DNA of 63,056 nt, the filler included, from Octopus bimaculoides (taxonomy: Eukaryota): NCBI RefSeq assembly GCF_001194135.2. It is 5 parts of 4 records of this genome, joined end to end, with 100 filler letters (N's around TTAATTAATTAA, not from the genome) between each part and the next. Parts side by side here need not be neighbours in the genome. Positions count along the whole stretch, not along the records: positions 57,297 to 61,637 come from NC_068986.1; positions 61,738 to 63,056 come from NC_068986.1; 3 more parts are not named here. One strand, 5' to 3'. The position numbers and the translations under genes were made by a program. Position 1 is the stretch's first letter. The number at the start of each line of letters is the position of its first letter. The notes beneath the pieces were generated by a model that was given only the letters and a program-made list of their open reading frames with translations, ran no database searches and was not told the DNA's origin. Positions 61,464 through 63,056 of the stretch are shown here, in pieces.

Positions 61464-62455
61464 TATGTATATATTTATATTTATATGTTAGTTTGGACAA
61501 ATTGATAATGGGAGGAAAAGAAACCAATGCAAAATTAGTGTTATTACTTATTGAGTCTGGATTACTCTCTGTTATTACTCAGAGTTTTGCATCTATCTAT
61601 CTATCTATCTATCTAGATAGATAGATAGATAGATAGANNNNNNNNNNNNNNNNNNNNNNNNNNNNNNNNNNNNNNNNNNNNTTAATTAATTAANNNNNNN
61701 NNNNNNNNNNNNNNNNNNNNNNNNNNNNNNNNNNNNNAACCGCCACTACCACTACAACCATCACCAGCACCAGCAACACCAGCACCACCACCACCACCAC
61801 CACTACAACTACCACCACTTTCGTCATCACCATTATCACCACCACTACCACCATCACCACTACTGCCACCTCTACCACCACCACCATCATCATCATTATC
61901 ACCATCACCATCATCATTGTTGTCTTCATTGTCACCTACCTTCACCATCACCACATCTACCAGAATCCTTATTATATCACTGTTAGAGTTGGACGTTGAG
62001 ATTCATAAACAGTTGATATTGTTTAACACCCAAGACAGACAATTCTGCTTAGACAGGGACACACGAAATCTCGAACGAATTCTCTCTGTAGCCATTCCGT
62101 CGGTTTAAGTGTATCTAGGACTACATTATGTAATGTCACCTCTCTCATTTAAGGGAAATGATGTTGCTTTTAGAAACCTTTCACTTTTAGAAACCTTTCT
62201 TTAGATCGAGCGACTTCGTAATTAGCGCACCCTCACCGGCCCCTTATAAAGGGTTGAAACAGATGGTACCCATTAAAATGAAGGCAGGTTTTCTTTTTCC
62301 AACTTCTTGCAACGAAATGCACAATTGGATATAGAATGCCCATAGAAATTTAGTATAACATCAATCTTAAATACATAATAGAGGCAGGTCTGGCTGTGTG
62401 GTAAGAAGTCTGTTTCTCAATCACATGGCTCCGGGTTCAGTATCTTGTTTGTTAA

Positions 62456-63056
62456 GTGGTGATGGTTGTGAGATAACAGAGATTGTCGTGAGATAAGTGA
62501 TTGTTGTGAGATAATAGTGATTGTTGTGAGATAGTGATTGTTGTGAGGTAATAGTGATTGTTGTTAGATAATAGTGATTGTTCTGAGGTAACAGTGATTG
62601 TTGTGAGGTAATAGTGAATGTTGTGAGGTAATAGTGATTATTGTGNNNNNNNNNNGATTGTTGTGAGGTAATAGTGAATGTTGTGAGGTAATAGTGATTG
62701 TTGTGAGAGAATAGTGATTGTTGTGAGATAATAGTGATTGTTGTGAGGTAACAGTGATTGTTGTGAGGTAATAGTGAATGTTGTGAGGTAATAGTGATTG
62801 TTGTGAGGTAATAGTGAATGTTGTGAGATAATAGTGATTGTTGTGAGGTAACAGTGATTGTTGTGAGATAATAGTGATTGTTGTGAGGTAACAGTGATTG
62901 TTGTGAGGTAATAGTGAATGTTGTGAGGTAATAGTGAATGTTGTGAGGTAATAGTGAATGTTGTGAGGTAATAGTGATTGTTGTGAGAGAATAGTGATTG
63001 TTGTGAGATAATAGTGATTGTTGTGAGGTAACAGTGATTGTTGTGAGGTAATAGTG
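62456..63056. repeat. 20-bp minisatellite (gtgattgttgtgaggtaata)n continuing off the window edge
   Basis: Roughly 30 units with variants gtgaat, gagata and gtaaca. Confidence 0.95.

Overview
Repeat-rich, AT-rich eukaryotic (animal) genomic DNA from a gapped draft assembly. The SINE/LINE families, very high microsatellite density and N-gap linkers are most consistent with a cephalopod, probably Octopus (inferred from recalled repeat families, not searched). Most ORFs in the track are microsatellite, N-gap or transposon artefacts. One real host gene is supported on the minus strand. A phase-compatible exon chain (41295-41394, 31804-31903, 28953-28991, 21498-21547, 20878-21330) encodes an unrecognised protein with an IQ-like/coiled-coil segment and a long Asp/Glu-rich C-terminal tail; its 5' end was not found. 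The rest is transposon relics: a full-length dead mariner with TIRs, a piggyBac-like MITE, three Penelope-like fragments, RTE fragments with many RTE-tail elements, R4/Dong-type and Hero-like LINE fragments, and at least three tRNA-derived SINE families. The best leads are (1) LINE 3' ends stacked between (ACAT)n tracts at 59.4-60.4 kb, (2) a CpG-depletion boundary near 42 kb that matches the gene's upstream end, (3) inverted repeat pairs and a foldback array inside the gene's introns, and (4) a possible alternative Cys-terminated isoform. I found no convincing wholly new biological system; everything below is a hypothesis to test.
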